This document shows, one piece after another, positions 38,277 to 47,779 of a stretch of DNA of 64,000 nucleotides (the first letter of the stretch is position 1; every line of letters begins with the position of its first letter). The notes beneath the pieces were generated by a model, which did not search any database, was not told the DNA's origin, and was given only the letters and a program-made list of their open reading frames with translations. The DNA comes from Terriglobia bacterium (GTDB taxonomy: Bacteria; Acidobacteriota; Polarisedimenticolia; Polarisedimenticolales; JAIQFR01): positions 844,630-908,629 of the forward strand of contig CAVVHE010000008.1 in assembly GCA_963748015.1 (NCBI GenBank), written 5' to 3'. Position numbers and translations under genes: made by a program.

Positions 38277-40301
38277 TCAGGGCGCCGTCACGAGCGGGAG
38301 CTCGACGAAGCTCGAGAGTCCGGGAGCGTGGTGGATCCGCTGGGTCGCCTTGCGATAGTCCTCCGGCTTCGCCCGGAAGATGCTCGGGACGAAGTTCTGC
38401 GGGTTGCGGTCGTAGAGCGGGAACCAGCTCGACTGGACCTGCACCATGATCCGGTGCCCCGGAAGGAAGACGTGATTCGCCGTCGGCAGGGCGAAGCGGT
38501 ACACGAGCGGCTTGCCTGGGGTGATCGGCGCCGCCGTCTCGAGGCTCTCCCGGTAGCGGCCGCGGAAGATGTCGGCCGACACCATGAGCTGGTACCCGCC
38601 CATCGCGGGCTGGCCCGCCACCTCGTCGGGATAGACGTCGATCAACTTGACCACCCAGTCGGCGTCGGTGCCGCTCGTGGAGGCGACGAGGCTCGCGACC
38701 GGCTCGCCGCTGATCTTCACCGGCCGGGTCAGGACGTCCGAGAGGTACGCCAGGACGTCCGTGCGGCCGGATGCCTCGCGCTGGTCGTCCACGAGCCACT
38801 GGGACCAGGTCAGACGGCCCTCGTACCCGACCGGCTGGATCGGGCGCGCGCGGAACGGCACCGGCTTGGCCGGGTCCGAGACGTACTCGTCGAAGGGGGC
38901 GGCCTCGGACGCCGGAGCGTCGAAGCTCAACTTGAATCCCGTCGCGAGATACACCGGCGTCGGCCGGACCGTGCAGCCGCTCGCGCAGCCGGCGGGCCAC
39001 GCCGGGAGGCGCCGCCACTCGTTCGTCCCGGTCTCGAACGCCGTCACGGGCGCTATTCCGGCCGGCGGCGCGCCCTCCTTCAGGTACTGGTCGAGAAACG
39101 GGCGCAGGACCTCGCGGCGGAATTGGAGCGCGGTGTCGCTGTTGAAGACCAGAGGGCCGAGCGTGCTGCCGTCGCCGATCTCTTGCGCGTGGTGCCACGG
39201 GCCCATGACGAGGAAGACCTTGTCGTTCCCCTTGTCCTTCGGCTCGATCGCCTTGTAGACGGCGATCGCGCCGTAAATGTCCTCCTGGTCCCACAGGCTG
39301 TGGACGATCATCACGGGCACCTCGAGCGGCCGCGCCGCCAGGATGCGGTCCACGGCCTGGTCGCGCCAGAAAGCGTCGTAGCTCGGATGCGCCAGGATCT
39401 TCCGCCAGAAGCCGAGCTGCTCCATCCCGTGGCGGCGTCCCATCTCGCCCGCCGATCCCGCTTCCATGAATGCGTCGTATTCGTCGAAGTGCCCCGACCA
39501 CCACTTCGTCTCCGACTTCCGGTCCGCCTCCTGGTCGTGGATGTAGGACAGATTCTGCTGGCGGAAGGCGCCGTTGTGGAACCAGTCGTCGCCGATCCAG
39601 CCGTCCACCATCGGATTCATCGGGACGGCCACCTTGAGTGCAGGGTGCGGGTCGACGAGCGCCATCAGGGGCAGGAAGCCGTCGTACGAGATGCCGAGGA
39701 TGCCGACCCTGCCGTTGGTCTCCGTGACGTTCTTCACTAGCCAGTCGATGGTGTCGTAGGTGTCGGTCGCGTGATCCACCGGGGTCGGGTTCTGCGGCCC
39801 GCGCAGGGGGCGGTTCATCACGTAGTCCCCCTCGGAGCGGTACTTGCCGCGCACGTCCTGGACCACGCGAATGTACCCCCCCTCGACGATCGCCTCGGTC
39901 GCGTTGTCGTAGCCGAAGAGGCTCGGTCCGAGGTGCGGGCTGCTGAGGTGGGTCGTGAGCGCGTCGGCGTCGTACGGGGTGCGCGTGAGGAGGATCGGCG
40001 CGCCCTTCGCCCCCTTCGGGACCAGGATCACCGTGTGCAGCTTCACGCCGTCGCGCATCGGGATCATGACCTCGCGGCGAACGTGGTCGAAGCCGTCCGT
40101 CACCGGCTCGAACTTCGCCGGCGTCTCGCTGGGGAGATCGGGGTACTTCGCTGGCGGGGGCGGCGCCTGCGCCGCCCCCGGCGCCATGGCCAGCAGGAGC
40201 GCGAGAACGGTAGCGGCCACCGCCGGCAGGGCGCCTCGAAGGGAGCCCCGCCCTCCACCGGACCCCGCATCGGCTTCTGAATCGCGATCTCTCACGTCCA
40301 T
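38277..40301 (-). CDS. CocE/NonD-family hydrolase (alpha-amino acid ester hydrolase-like)
   Basis: MRDGVKL, RTPY, QDVRG, nucleophile GISYDGF, DDWFHNGAFR, GPWHH and SWFPLYDRNPQ. Confidence 0.93.
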   Translation of the reverse strand: MDVRDRDSEADAGSGGGRGSLRGALPAVAATVLALLLAMAPGAAQAPPPPAKYPDLPSETPAKFEPVTDGFDHVRREVMIPMRDGVKLHTVILVPKGAKGAPILLTRTPYDADALTTHLSSPHLGPSLFGYDNATEAIVEGGYIRVVQDVRGKYRSEGDYVMNRPLRGPQNPTPVDHATDTYDTIDWLVKNVTETNGRVGILGISYDGFLPLMALVDPHPALKVAVPMNPMVDGWIGDDWFHNGAFRQQNLSYIHDQEADRKSETKWWSGHFDEYDAFMEAGSAGEMGRRHGMEQLGFWRKILAHPSYDAFWRDQAVDRILAARPLEVPVMIVHSLWDQEDIYGAIAVYKAIEPKDKGNDKVFLVMGPWHHAQEIGDGSTLGPLVFNSDTALQFRREVLRPFLDQYLKEGAPPAGIAPVTAFETGTNEWRRLPAWPAGCASGCTVRPTPVYLATGFKLSFDAPASEAAPFDEYVSDPAKPVPFRARPIQPVGYEGRLTWSQWLVDDQREASGRTDVLAYLSDVLTRPVKISGEPVASLVASTSGTDADWVVKLIDVYPDEVAGQPAMGGYQLMVSADIFRGRYRESLETAAPITPGKPLVYRFALPTANHVFLPGHRIMVQVQSSWFPLYDRNPQNFVPSIFRAKPEDYRKATQRIHHAPGLSSFVELPLVTAP

Positions 40302-40567
40302 CCCTCCACCTTGCGGCCCCGGCCCGAGAGGGCAGGCCTCCCCCCCGTGCGCCGCGATTCTACGTCGTTTCGGCCACCAGGGAAGCCGAGTGCCACGTCG
40401 CCCGAAACGGCTCGACCGCCGCTTCGGAGTCGGCGTATATTTTCCGAGATGGGTACGTCGCGGACGTTCCGGCGGTAGGGGTGTTTGCCGTATCGAACAC
40501 GCGCTCGGTAGCCATGTTGCGCTCGACAACTCGATGGAATCGGCATCGCCAGGAGAGGGGGCGCGAG

Positions 40568-40942
40568 ATGAGACAACGCAGCGGAATGCCATTGTCCCGG
40601 TTCGGGGTCCTGTGCGTCGGATTCGCGGTCGTTGCTCTGACGTCGTGCAGCGGCGGCGGCAGCAACGACGTGGCGGGGCCGGATGACACCATCCTCGTCG
40701 TGCTCGCCGGAAACGGCACCGGCCGCGTGGTCGCCAATTTTGGCGAGGTCGATTGTCCGGGAAACTGCGGGCCCAAGCCGTACACCAACGGTGAGTCCGT
40801 GCTCCTGACGGCCACTCCGGACCAAGGGTCCTCGCTCGGCGGCTGGTCCGGAGACTGCACGCCGGATCCCGGCCAACCCCTCTGGTGCGTCGTGCACGTG
40901 AACGGCCACATGGAGATCACGGCGACTTTCGCCTCGCCCTGA
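40568..40942 (+). CDS. Small lipoprotein with InlB B-repeat-like domain
   Basis: Lipobox LTSC and G.G.G.V...IDC...C...LTATPD.GS...GWSGDC...ITATF. Confidence 0.7.
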   Translation: MRQRSGMPLSRFGVLCVGFAVVALTSCSGGGSNDVAGPDDTILVVLAGNGTGRVVANFGEVDCPGNCGPKPYTNGESVLLTATPDQGSSLGGWSGDCTPDPGQPLWCVVHVNGHMEITATFASP

Positions 40943-41090
40943 GGCGCGGACGGGTCTCCGCCCCGGGGACCGGCTCGCCGTCGCACTACCGCGGTCCTCC
41001 CCGTCGTGTCGCGGCCTCGCGGTGTGCCGGCCCTTGTTTCCCCGAGCCGGACCGGCGTATAAGCACCCGTCACGAAGGGGGAGGAACGCG

Positions 41091-42182
41091 ATGAAGACGC
41101 CGGTCACCGACCTGCACTGCGACACCGCTCTCGAGATCCAGGGGGGCGCCGACCTCATCCAAGGGCATCCCGAGGGGCACGTGGACCTCGAGCGGCTGGA
41201 GAAAGGCGGGGTCGCGCTCCAGGTGTTCGTCGCGTACGTCACGTCGACGCTCCCCAAGGGCAGGGCGTTCCGGGAGGCGATGGAGCTCCTCGACGGGGTC
41301 GAGGCGGCGTGCGAGCGCTCCGCCGGCGCCCTGGTCAAGGTCGAGACGGTGAGGGAAGCGGACCTCGCGCTCGAGGGCGGGGCGAAGACCGCGGCGATCC
41401 TTGCCGTGGAGAACGGCCACGCGATCGAGGAGAGCATCGCGAACCTCGAGCGCCTGCGCCGGCGGGGCGTCCGCTACATGACGCTGACGCACGCGAAGAA
41501 TCTCCCCTGGGCGGCGTCGTCCGGCGAGGAGCGCTGCGATTTCGAGGGGCTCACCGCCTTCGGCGAGAAGGTCGTCGCGGCGATGAACGAGCTGGGGATC
41601 GTCGTGGACGTCTCTCACGTCCACGAGACCACCTTCCGGGACGTCGCGCGCCTTACGCGCCGCCCGTTCATCGCGTCGCACTCCGACGCCTCGGCGATCT
41701 GCCCCTGCGCGCGCAACCTCACCGACGAGCAAATCCGGGTCATCGCCGACCGCGGAGGACTCGTGGGGATCAACTTCTACCCCGGCTTCCTGGACGCGGC
41801 GTACGCCGAGCGGCAGAACGCCGAGCTGGGGGACCTGTTCGTCGCCCTCCAGAAGATCGAGAAGGAGCACCTCGACGATCCCGCTCGAAAGCTGGAGGGG
41901 TCGCGCAGACTGTCGAGCGAGCTGCGCGGGCGGATGGCGAAGGCCGCCGTCCCCCTCGACCGGATCGTGGACCACGTGGAGCACATGGTCCGGCTCGTCG
42001 GGGACGATTTCGTCGCGTTCGGGTCCGATTTCGACGGTGTCCCGGACTTGCCGCAAGGCGTTCCCGACTGCGCCGCCTTCCCGGCCATCCTCGACCGGAT
42101 GCGGGAGCGGGGGTTCTCCGAGGCTTCCATCGCGAAGATCGCCGGGGGAAACTTCCGGCGCGTTCTCGAGGCCAATCCCTGA
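41091..42182 (+). CDS. M19 membrane dipeptidase family protein
   Basis: DLHCD, VENG, LTH, DVSH, ASHS, RNLTD and GSDFDG. Confidence 0.93.
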   Translation: MKTPVTDLHCDTALEIQGGADLIQGHPEGHVDLERLEKGGVALQVFVAYVTSTLPKGRAFREAMELLDGVEAACERSAGALVKVETVREADLALEGGAKTAAILAVENGHAIEESIANLERLRRRGVRYMTLTHAKNLPWAASSGEERCDFEGLTAFGEKVVAAMNELGIVVDVSHVHETTFRDVARLTRRPFIASHSDASAICPCARNLTDEQIRVIADRGGLVGINFYPGFLDAAYAERQNAELGDLFVALQKIEKEHLDDPARKLEGSRRLSSELRGRMAKAAVPLDRIVDHVEHMVRLVGDDFVAFGSDFDGVPDLPQGVPDCAAFPAILDRMRERGFSEASIAKIAGGNFRRVLEANP

Positions 42183-42318
42183 GTCCGCGGCCCCTCCACC
42201 GCCGGGGACGCCCGGGACCGGACTTGCCGGGCCGGTATTGAAGTAGAATCCCGCTTCCGCCGGCACCCCGGCCGGGGTCGGGCCGGTGCGCGCCGTACGG
42301 AAGGGCGAAGGAGACTGC

Positions 42319-44382
42319 ATGAGCGAGAAGCCGTACAAACCGTTCGTGCCGCCGAACAGCGACATGCGCGAGTTCACGATCCGAGCGCTGATCCTCGGAC
42401 TGATCATGTGCGTGATCCTGGGCGCGGCGAACGCCTACCTGGGCCTGAAGGCCGGCATGACGATCGCTGCCACCTACCCGGCGGCCGTGATCGGCATGGC
42501 GGTGCTCAAGATCTTCAAGGGCTCGATCCTGGAGGAGAACTTCGCCCGGACCGTCGGCTCCATCGGCGAGTCCGTGGCCGCGGGGGCGATCTTCACGATC
42601 CCCGCGTTCGTCATCCTCCAGATCTGGCAGTTCAAGCCCGGCCCGAACCTCATGACCGAGTACCTGACCGCCTCCGCCCTGATGATCCTCGGCGGCATCC
42701 TCGGGATCATGTTCGTGACGATCCTCCGCCGGGTGATGGTCGAGGACCCGACCCTCCCGTTCCCCGAGTCGGTGGCCGCTGGCGAGATCCACAAGGCGGG
42801 ACAGCGGGGCGCCGCCGCGGCGATCCAGCTCTTCCAGGCCATGGGCATCGGCGCGCTGATCCGGTTCCTCGGGAGAACCGACGGCGAGACGTTCGACGGC
42901 CTCGGCATCTACTACGCGGTGAACCGGTTCCAGGTCGGGGTCGGGCACCTCAAGGACGGCTTCGTTCGCCTCGCCGCCGACAAGACCATCCCGGCCGGTG
43001 GGGTGACGACCATCACCGGACCGGCGGCGACGCCGGCCTATCTCGGCGTCGGCTACATCATCGGACCGGAGCTGGGCGCCTTGAACTTCGCCGGCGGGCT
43101 GCTGGCTTGGGGGATGTTCGTTCCGCTGCTCGTCTACTTCCTCGGGCCGTCGCAGATCGACCAGTACGGCGGGGACTGGGCGGCGCTGACCGGCGGCCTC
43201 TACCGCCGCGTGGTCCGGCCGATCGCCGTCGGCGGCATGCTCGTGGGCGCGTGCTTCACCCTCTACAAGATGCGCAAGAACCTGATCTCCGGCCTCCAGC
43301 GCAGCATCGCGGACGTGAAGGCGTCGGCCACCGCGAAGGCGGCGACCGAGCGGACCGAGCGGGACCTCAACCTGAAGGTCGTCGGCCTCGGGATCCTGGC
43401 GGTCTTCGTGCTGATGGTCGCGCTCTACTTCTACTTCACGAAGGCGCTGCCCGCGGCGTTCTTCGCCGCGATCGTCATGCTGATCACCGGCTTCTTCTTC
43501 GCCGCGGTCTCGGGGAACCTGGTCGGCATGATCGGCTCCTCCAACAACCCGATCTCCGGGCTGACGCTCGCGACCACGATCGTCGCCGCCCTGACCATGG
43601 TGATCGTCGGCGCGAAGGGCACGCAGGGCGTCGCGGCGGTGCTCGGGGTCGCCGCCATCGGCTGCGTCTCCGCGGCCGTGGCCGGCGAGATGCTCCAGGA
43701 CCTCAAGGTGGGGCATATCCTGGGCGGCACGCCGTGGAAGATGCAGATCGGCGACATCATCGGCGTGATCATCGCCGGCCTCGTCATGTTCTTCCCGCTG
43801 TACGTCCTGCACAACTCCGACCTGGCGCAGAACCCGGCCACCGGCGGCTTCGGCGGCCCGAACCTCTCGGCCCCGCAGGCCGGGCTCATGGCGGCCCTCT
43901 CCCAGGGAATCGTCGGCGGCGAGATGGCCTGGCCGCTCGTGATCGTCGGGATCTTCATGGGGATCTCGATGATCCTGATCAAGGTGCGCAGCCCGATGCT
44001 CTTCTCGGTCGGCATGTACCTGCCGCTCGAGACCACCTTCGCGATCTTCGTCGGCGGGCTCATCAAGGGGGTCGTCGAGAAGATCGCCGCGAAGCGGAGC
44101 CACAACGAGGCTCAGAAAGCCCGAGTGGAGAATGCCGGCATCCTGGCTGCCTCGGGTTTGATCGCCGGGGAGGCGCTGATGAGCCTCCTCATCGCCGTGG
44201 TCGTGTTCGTGAAGGACCGGATGGGGCAGAAGCCGGAGTTCCCGGCCTGGCGGGTGTTCGACCCGATCGCCGCCTGGCTGGCGCTCGCCGTCTTCGGCGT
44301 GCTGGCCATGTACATGATCTTCGTGCCGCTCAAGAAGGCCGGAGCGGCCGACGAGCCCGCGCCGCCGCATGCGGTGATGTAG
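42319..44382 (+). CDS. OPT-family oligopeptide transporter
   Basis: NAYLGLKAG, ILEEN, LPFPE, SSNNPISG, QDLK.G, APQA and ASGLIAGE. Confidence 0.95.
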   Translation: MSEKPYKPFVPPNSDMREFTIRALILGLIMCVILGAANAYLGLKAGMTIAATYPAAVIGMAVLKIFKGSILEENFARTVGSIGESVAAGAIFTIPAFVILQIWQFKPGPNLMTEYLTASALMILGGILGIMFVTILRRVMVEDPTLPFPESVAAGEIHKAGQRGAAAAIQLFQAMGIGALIRFLGRTDGETFDGLGIYYAVNRFQVGVGHLKDGFVRLAADKTIPAGGVTTITGPAATPAYLGVGYIIGPELGALNFAGGLLAWGMFVPLLVYFLGPSQIDQYGGDWAALTGGLYRRVVRPIAVGGMLVGACFTLYKMRKNLISGLQRSIADVKASATAKAATERTERDLNLKVVGLGILAVFVLMVALYFYFTKALPAAFFAAIVMLITGFFFAAVSGNLVGMIGSSNNPISGLTLATTIVAALTMVIVGAKGTQGVAAVLGVAAIGCVSAAVAGEMLQDLKVGHILGGTPWKMQIGDIIGVIIAGLVMFFPLYVLHNSDLAQNPATGGFGGPNLSAPQAGLMAALSQGIVGGEMAWPLVIVGIFMGISMILIKVRSPMLFSVGMYLPLETTFAIFVGGLIKGVVEKIAAKRSHNEAQKARVENAGILAASGLIAGEALMSLLIAVVVFVKDRMGQKPEFPAWRVFDPIAAWLALAVFGVLAMYMIFVPLKKAGAADEPAPPHAVM

Positions 44383-44423
44383 CCCGCCACGTACGCGGCG
44401 CGATCGCCGCCTTTTGATTTCGC

Positions 44424-44458
44424 AACGGGCCGCCGGGGCTGACCCCGGCGGCCCCGTT
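44424..44458. terminator. Stem-loop between convergent genes
   Basis: AACGGGCCGCCGGGG-CTGA-CCCCGGCGGCCCCGTT. Confidence 0.55.
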
Positions 44459-44473
44459 CATCTACGGGTCAGC

Positions 44474-44625
44474 GGCTCGCTCGTCGGATGGAGCACCTTC
44501 CCGGGCACGCTCCCTCGGCCGACGTCGCGTCGGCCTCGGTCGCTCCGCTCTCGCGCGCTCCGGTCCGGTACGGCCTCCGCGCGCGAGAGAGGGCTCGGGA
44601 AGGTGCTTCGTTCGACGAGCGAGCC
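44474..44625. repeat. ~152-bp palindromic element, inverted homolog of 26190-26336
   Basis: 27/30-bp terminal inverted repeat. Shares the CCGGACCGGAG and GGCCGACG..CGTCGGCC interior with the 26.2-kb copy. Confidence 0.8.
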
Positions 44626-44632
44626 TCGTGGC

Positions 44633-45202
44633 TCAGGAGCGGGGCGGAGGCTCCGCGAGGGGGATCGGCTTGGCGCCGGGGGCGGTGGCGGTGATGAACG
44701 TCCAGGAGGAGAGGACCTGGCGCACCGCGGGGCCCTCGGCGTCTGCGAGGCCCGGGGGGTAGGTCGCGCGGAGGACGTAGAGCAGGTAGCCGTTCCGCAC
44801 CACCCAGTACTCGGCGATCGACGGCGGGTCCTGCGGGCGGATGCGGATCTGGAAGACGACCTCTAGGGCCGGGGCGCCGCCGATCGTCGTCTCGCTCGTC
44901 GTCGGCCTTTCCACGGAGGTGAAGTAGTACAGCGTCCAGGCCTCGAGTTGCGGAACGATCGACTGCGGCAGGCCGGCGACGAACTCCGAGTCGGCGCCGA
45001 CGAGCGAGTGGACGTCGATCGTGAGCAGGCTGCCGGAGTGCGAGCGCGCCTCGTAACCGATCATGCGCCAGCCCGGGGGCAGGACGAAGCGATACCCCCG
45101 CTCGTGGTCCTCGATCGTGCGCTCCTTCTCGGTCGGACCGGACCCCGAGCACCCCGCGAGGGCGATGACGGCGAGCACGAGCGCTCCGATTCGTCGTCTC
45201 AT
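44633..45202 (-). CDS. Hypothetical lipoprotein (possibly PsbP-like fold)
   Basis: Lipobox LAGC, YRFVLPPGW and VLSSWTF. Confidence 0.7.
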   Translation of the reverse strand: MRRRIGALVLAVIALAGCSGSGPTEKERTIEDHERGYRFVLPPGWRMIGYEARSHSGSLLTIDVHSLVGADSEFVAGLPQSIVPQLEAWTLYYFTSVERPTTSETTIGGAPALEVVFQIRIRPQDPPSIAEYWVVRNGYLLYVLRATYPPGLADAEGPAVRQVLSSWTFITATAPGAKPIPLAEPPPRS

Positions 45203-45245
45203 GGCTCCATCATCCTGCGTTCGTCGGCGCGGTTCAAGACGCGCG

Positions 45246-45521
45246 CTATCCGAACCGGTAATGCTTGCGGACGGGCTTCAGCACCTTCCAGGTGCACGAC
45301 ATCCCGCTCGGAAACGTGACGAGGTCCCCCTTGCCCACCGAAACCGGCGCGCCGCCGTCGGGCGTCACCACGACCTCGCCTTCGAGGAACAGGCAGGTCT
45401 CGGGCTCGTCGTAGCTCCACGGGAACGTCGAGACTTCCTTGGTCCAGATCGGCCAGCTCCTGACCCCCAGCTCGTCCAGGGTCGAAGGCTGCGGGTTCTT
45501 CTCGACCTTGATCTCGCTCAT
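45246..45521 (-). CDS. Small cupin (DUF861/EutQ-like)
   Basis: WPIWTKE.STFPW.Y...ETC..LEG.V, GDLVTFP.G..CTW and KHY. Confidence 0.9.
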   Translation of the reverse strand: MSEIKVEKNPQPSTLDELGVRSWPIWTKEVSTFPWSYDEPETCLFLEGEVVVTPDGGAPVSVGKGDLVTFPSGMSCTWKVLKPVRKHYRFG

Positions 45522-45538
45522 CGTCCGACCTCCGGCCA

Positions 45539-46135
45539 TCATTCTCCCACGAGCGGTTGCCCGAACGCCGCGGCGTACGCGGCGGGGGTGTCGATCCCGG
45601 TCACCACGCCGGCGTCCTCCACCGGGACCTCGACGAGGTCCGAGGCGTGCGCCCTGACCACCGCGCGCGCCCCCTCGCCCTCGGGAGCCGACTCGAGCTC
45701 GGCCGCGAGACGCATCGCGAAGAGGGCCGGATGGCCGCGTCTCCCGCCGTGGACGGGAATCGCGAGCGGCGCCCGGGATGCCTCGAACGCCGCGATCAGC
45801 AGTTCCAAGGTCGCGGGCTCGACCAGCGGGTGATCCACCGGCCACAGGAGAAACCCGTCGAGGCCGGGGGGGAGCGAGGCAAGCCCGCTGCGAACCGACG
45901 AGAGCATCCCGCGCTCGGGCGAGGGGTTGATCGCGACGATGCCGTCGGGCAGGGCGCACCCGCGCCGGACGCCCGCGGCACCGTGACCGAGGACCACGCG
46001 CACGGCGCCCACTCGCGTCCGCCCCAGCGTGCCGAGGACGGTGCCGAGGAATGTGGACCCGCGGCAGGGGAGGAGCGGCTTGGGGCGCCCCATGCGCTCC
46101 GACTTCCCCGCCGCCAGCACGATGCAGCCGATCAT
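45539..46135 (-). CDS. MocA/MobA-like nucleotidyltransferase
   Basis: LAAGKSERMGRPK, GMLSSV, PVDHP, GHP and IDTP. Start could be 46177. Confidence 0.88.
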   Translation of the reverse strand: MIGCIVLAAGKSERMGRPKPLLPCRGSTFLGTVLGTLGRTRVGAVRVVLGHGAAGVRRGCALPDGIVAINPSPERGMLSSVRSGLASLPPGLDGFLLWPVDHPLVEPATLELLIAAFEASRAPLAIPVHGGRRGHPALFAMRLAAELESAPEGEGARAVVRAHASDLVEVPVEDAGVVTGIDTPAAYAAAFGQPLVGE

Positions 46136-46255
46136 GCTCCCCCGGATGCCGGCGCCCCGCGCCCCGGTCGGGATCATCGTACGGCAACGCGCCCTTCGCC
46201 GGCCACGGGTTTCGAGATTGAGCCGGGTCTCCCGGGTTGGTAGACTGCGCGCGCC

Positions 46256-47140
46256 ATGACGGGCCCCCGAATCATCGACGCGCTTCGCTCGTTCGACCGG
46301 CCCCGGGGAGCGCGCGCCGTCGCGCTCGCGCTGGGCGAATGGTGCCTGGCCCTCGAAGGTCTCGACGACGCACTCGCCGACACGCTGGAGTCGAGGTGGG
46401 CGGGCTTCACCGTGTCCGCCGGTGATGCCGCGCCGATGCGGGTCCTCCGCGTGGTCCGGGGGGGCGAGTCCCTGTGGCTGCCGCACTGGCAGCCGTTCGA
46501 GCGCTACCGGATCGAGGGCGGGGTGGAGGTCGGGGTGCCGTTCGCGCGCTCCTATCACTTCGCCCTGGCTCCCGACGCGAGGGGCGGATCGTGGCGCCTC
46601 GCCCTGGCGGACGAGGCCGACGAGCCGATCGAGCGGGTGGTCGAGAACGTCGTCCGGTACGTGGTGGCCCGTATCGCCGCGGAAGCCGGCGGCTTCGCTC
46701 TCCACGGGGCGTCGGTGCTGCGCGGAGGGCGCGCGTACGTGTTCGCGGGGCCCTCCCGTTCGGGCAAGAGCACCGCGGTGGCCCTGTCCGCGCCGGCGGC
46801 GAGCCTCGGCGACGACTTTGCCGTGCTGCTGCCTCACGGAGCCGAGTGGCGCGCGCCGGCGCTGCCTTTCGACAGCAGCGAGCATGCCCCGCCGAAGCCC
46901 GAGACCGCGCTCTTCCCGGTCGCGGGGATCTGGCGCCTGTTCCAGGCGGTCGAGTCGCGGCTCGAGAAGGTCCCGCCGGCGATCGCGGCGGCCTCGCTCA
47001 TGGGGTGCGCCGCGTTCCCGTGGGCGATGCCCGACCTCTCCGAGCCGGTGCTGGAGCACGTGCACCGCTACGTCGGCGGCGCCGTGTTCGCCCACCTCCA
47101 CTTCCGGAAGACTCCCGATTTCTGGGACCTGCTCCCCTGA
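46256..47140 (+). CDS. HPr-kinase-like P-loop protein (ScmC / RiPP-kinase-like)
   Basis: LHGASV....AYVFAGPSRSGKST, LGDD, PF and C-terminal LHFRK..FW. Confidence 0.7.
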   Translation: MTGPRIIDALRSFDRPRGARAVALALGEWCLALEGLDDALADTLESRWAGFTVSAGDAAPMRVLRVVRGGESLWLPHWQPFERYRIEGGVEVGVPFARSYHFALAPDARGGSWRLALADEADEPIERVVENVVRYVVARIAAEAGGFALHGASVLRGGRAYVFAGPSRSGKSTAVALSAPAASLGDDFAVLLPHGAEWRAPALPFDSSEHAPPKPETALFPVAGIWRLFQAVESRLEKVPPAIAAASLMGCAAFPWAMPDLSEPVLEHVHRYVGGAVFAHLHFRKTPDFWDLLP

Positions 47141-47143
47141 TCG

Positions 47144-47302
47144 TCAGAAGACCGTGTAGATGAAGGGGGCGAGGGCGCTTCCGGCGGTGAGGGCGATCAC
47201 GAGGCCGAGCAGGAGCAGCACGATCACGATCGGCAGCAGCCAGTACTTCTTTCGAGTCCTGAGGAAGTACCAGACTTCCGCGATCGTCGAGGCTCGGCCC
47301 AT
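47144..47302 (-). CDS. Small membrane protein, DUF5989/SxtK-like (not in ORF track)
   Basis: MGRASTIAEVWYFLRTRKKYWLLPIVIVLLLLGLVIALTAGSALAPFIYTVF, with the RKK.WL.P and APFIYT.F signatures. Confidence 0.9.
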   Translation of the reverse strand: MGRASTIAEVWYFLRTRKKYWLLPIVIVLLLLGLVIALTAGSALAPFIYTVF

Positions 47303-47357
47303 CGCACTTTCCCCTTTCCCGACGCCTCCGGATACCGCCCGGGGCTTCCCCTACAGC

Positions 47358-47765
47358 CTAGAACATACGCTCGTATCGCTCCAGCGTGCACTCCTCGGGC
47401 GACTTGTCCCGCCAGTACGTCGGCTTCCCGTCCTTCCATGACGTGTCGAGCGGGTCCTTCCGGAACAGGCGCGACACGAACCCGTAGGGGGTCAGGATCA
47501 GGTAGAAGAACACGCCCAGGATGACGCGGGTCGAGACCCAGGACAGGACCTCGGCCAGCTTCATCCAAACGCGGAACCCCGAGAGCCACGCCCCGGGCGC
47601 GACGAACGGCAGGAGCGCCGGCAGCAGGGCGAGCGGAATCAACGCCTTCGCGCGGAAAGGGTGGCCGCGGAGCCAGAAGAGCGTGCCCAGCGCGACGAGG
47701 GCCCCGGCCAGGACGAGGCCGAAGATCTTCGCTTGCCGGGCCTCCGATCGGACTTTTCTCGCCAC
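47358..47765 (-). CDS. SxtJ-family membrane protein
   Basis: FG, WMKLAEVL, FFYLILTP.G, DPL, YW and ERMF motifs. GGAGG RBS. Confidence 0.85.
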   Translation of the reverse strand: MARKVRSEARQAKIFGLVLAGALVALGTLFWLRGHPFRAKALIPLALLPALLPFVAPGAWLSGFRVWMKLAEVLSWVSTRVILGVFFYLILTPYGFVSRLFRKDPLDTSWKDGKPTYWRDKSPEECTLERYERMF

Positions 47766-47779
47766 GCTCACCTCCGCGA

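Noticed and set aside
40302..40567. Riboswitch in the CocE/lipoprotein intergenic region
   Set aside because: No recognisable aptamer consensus. It is explained as a divergent promoter region.
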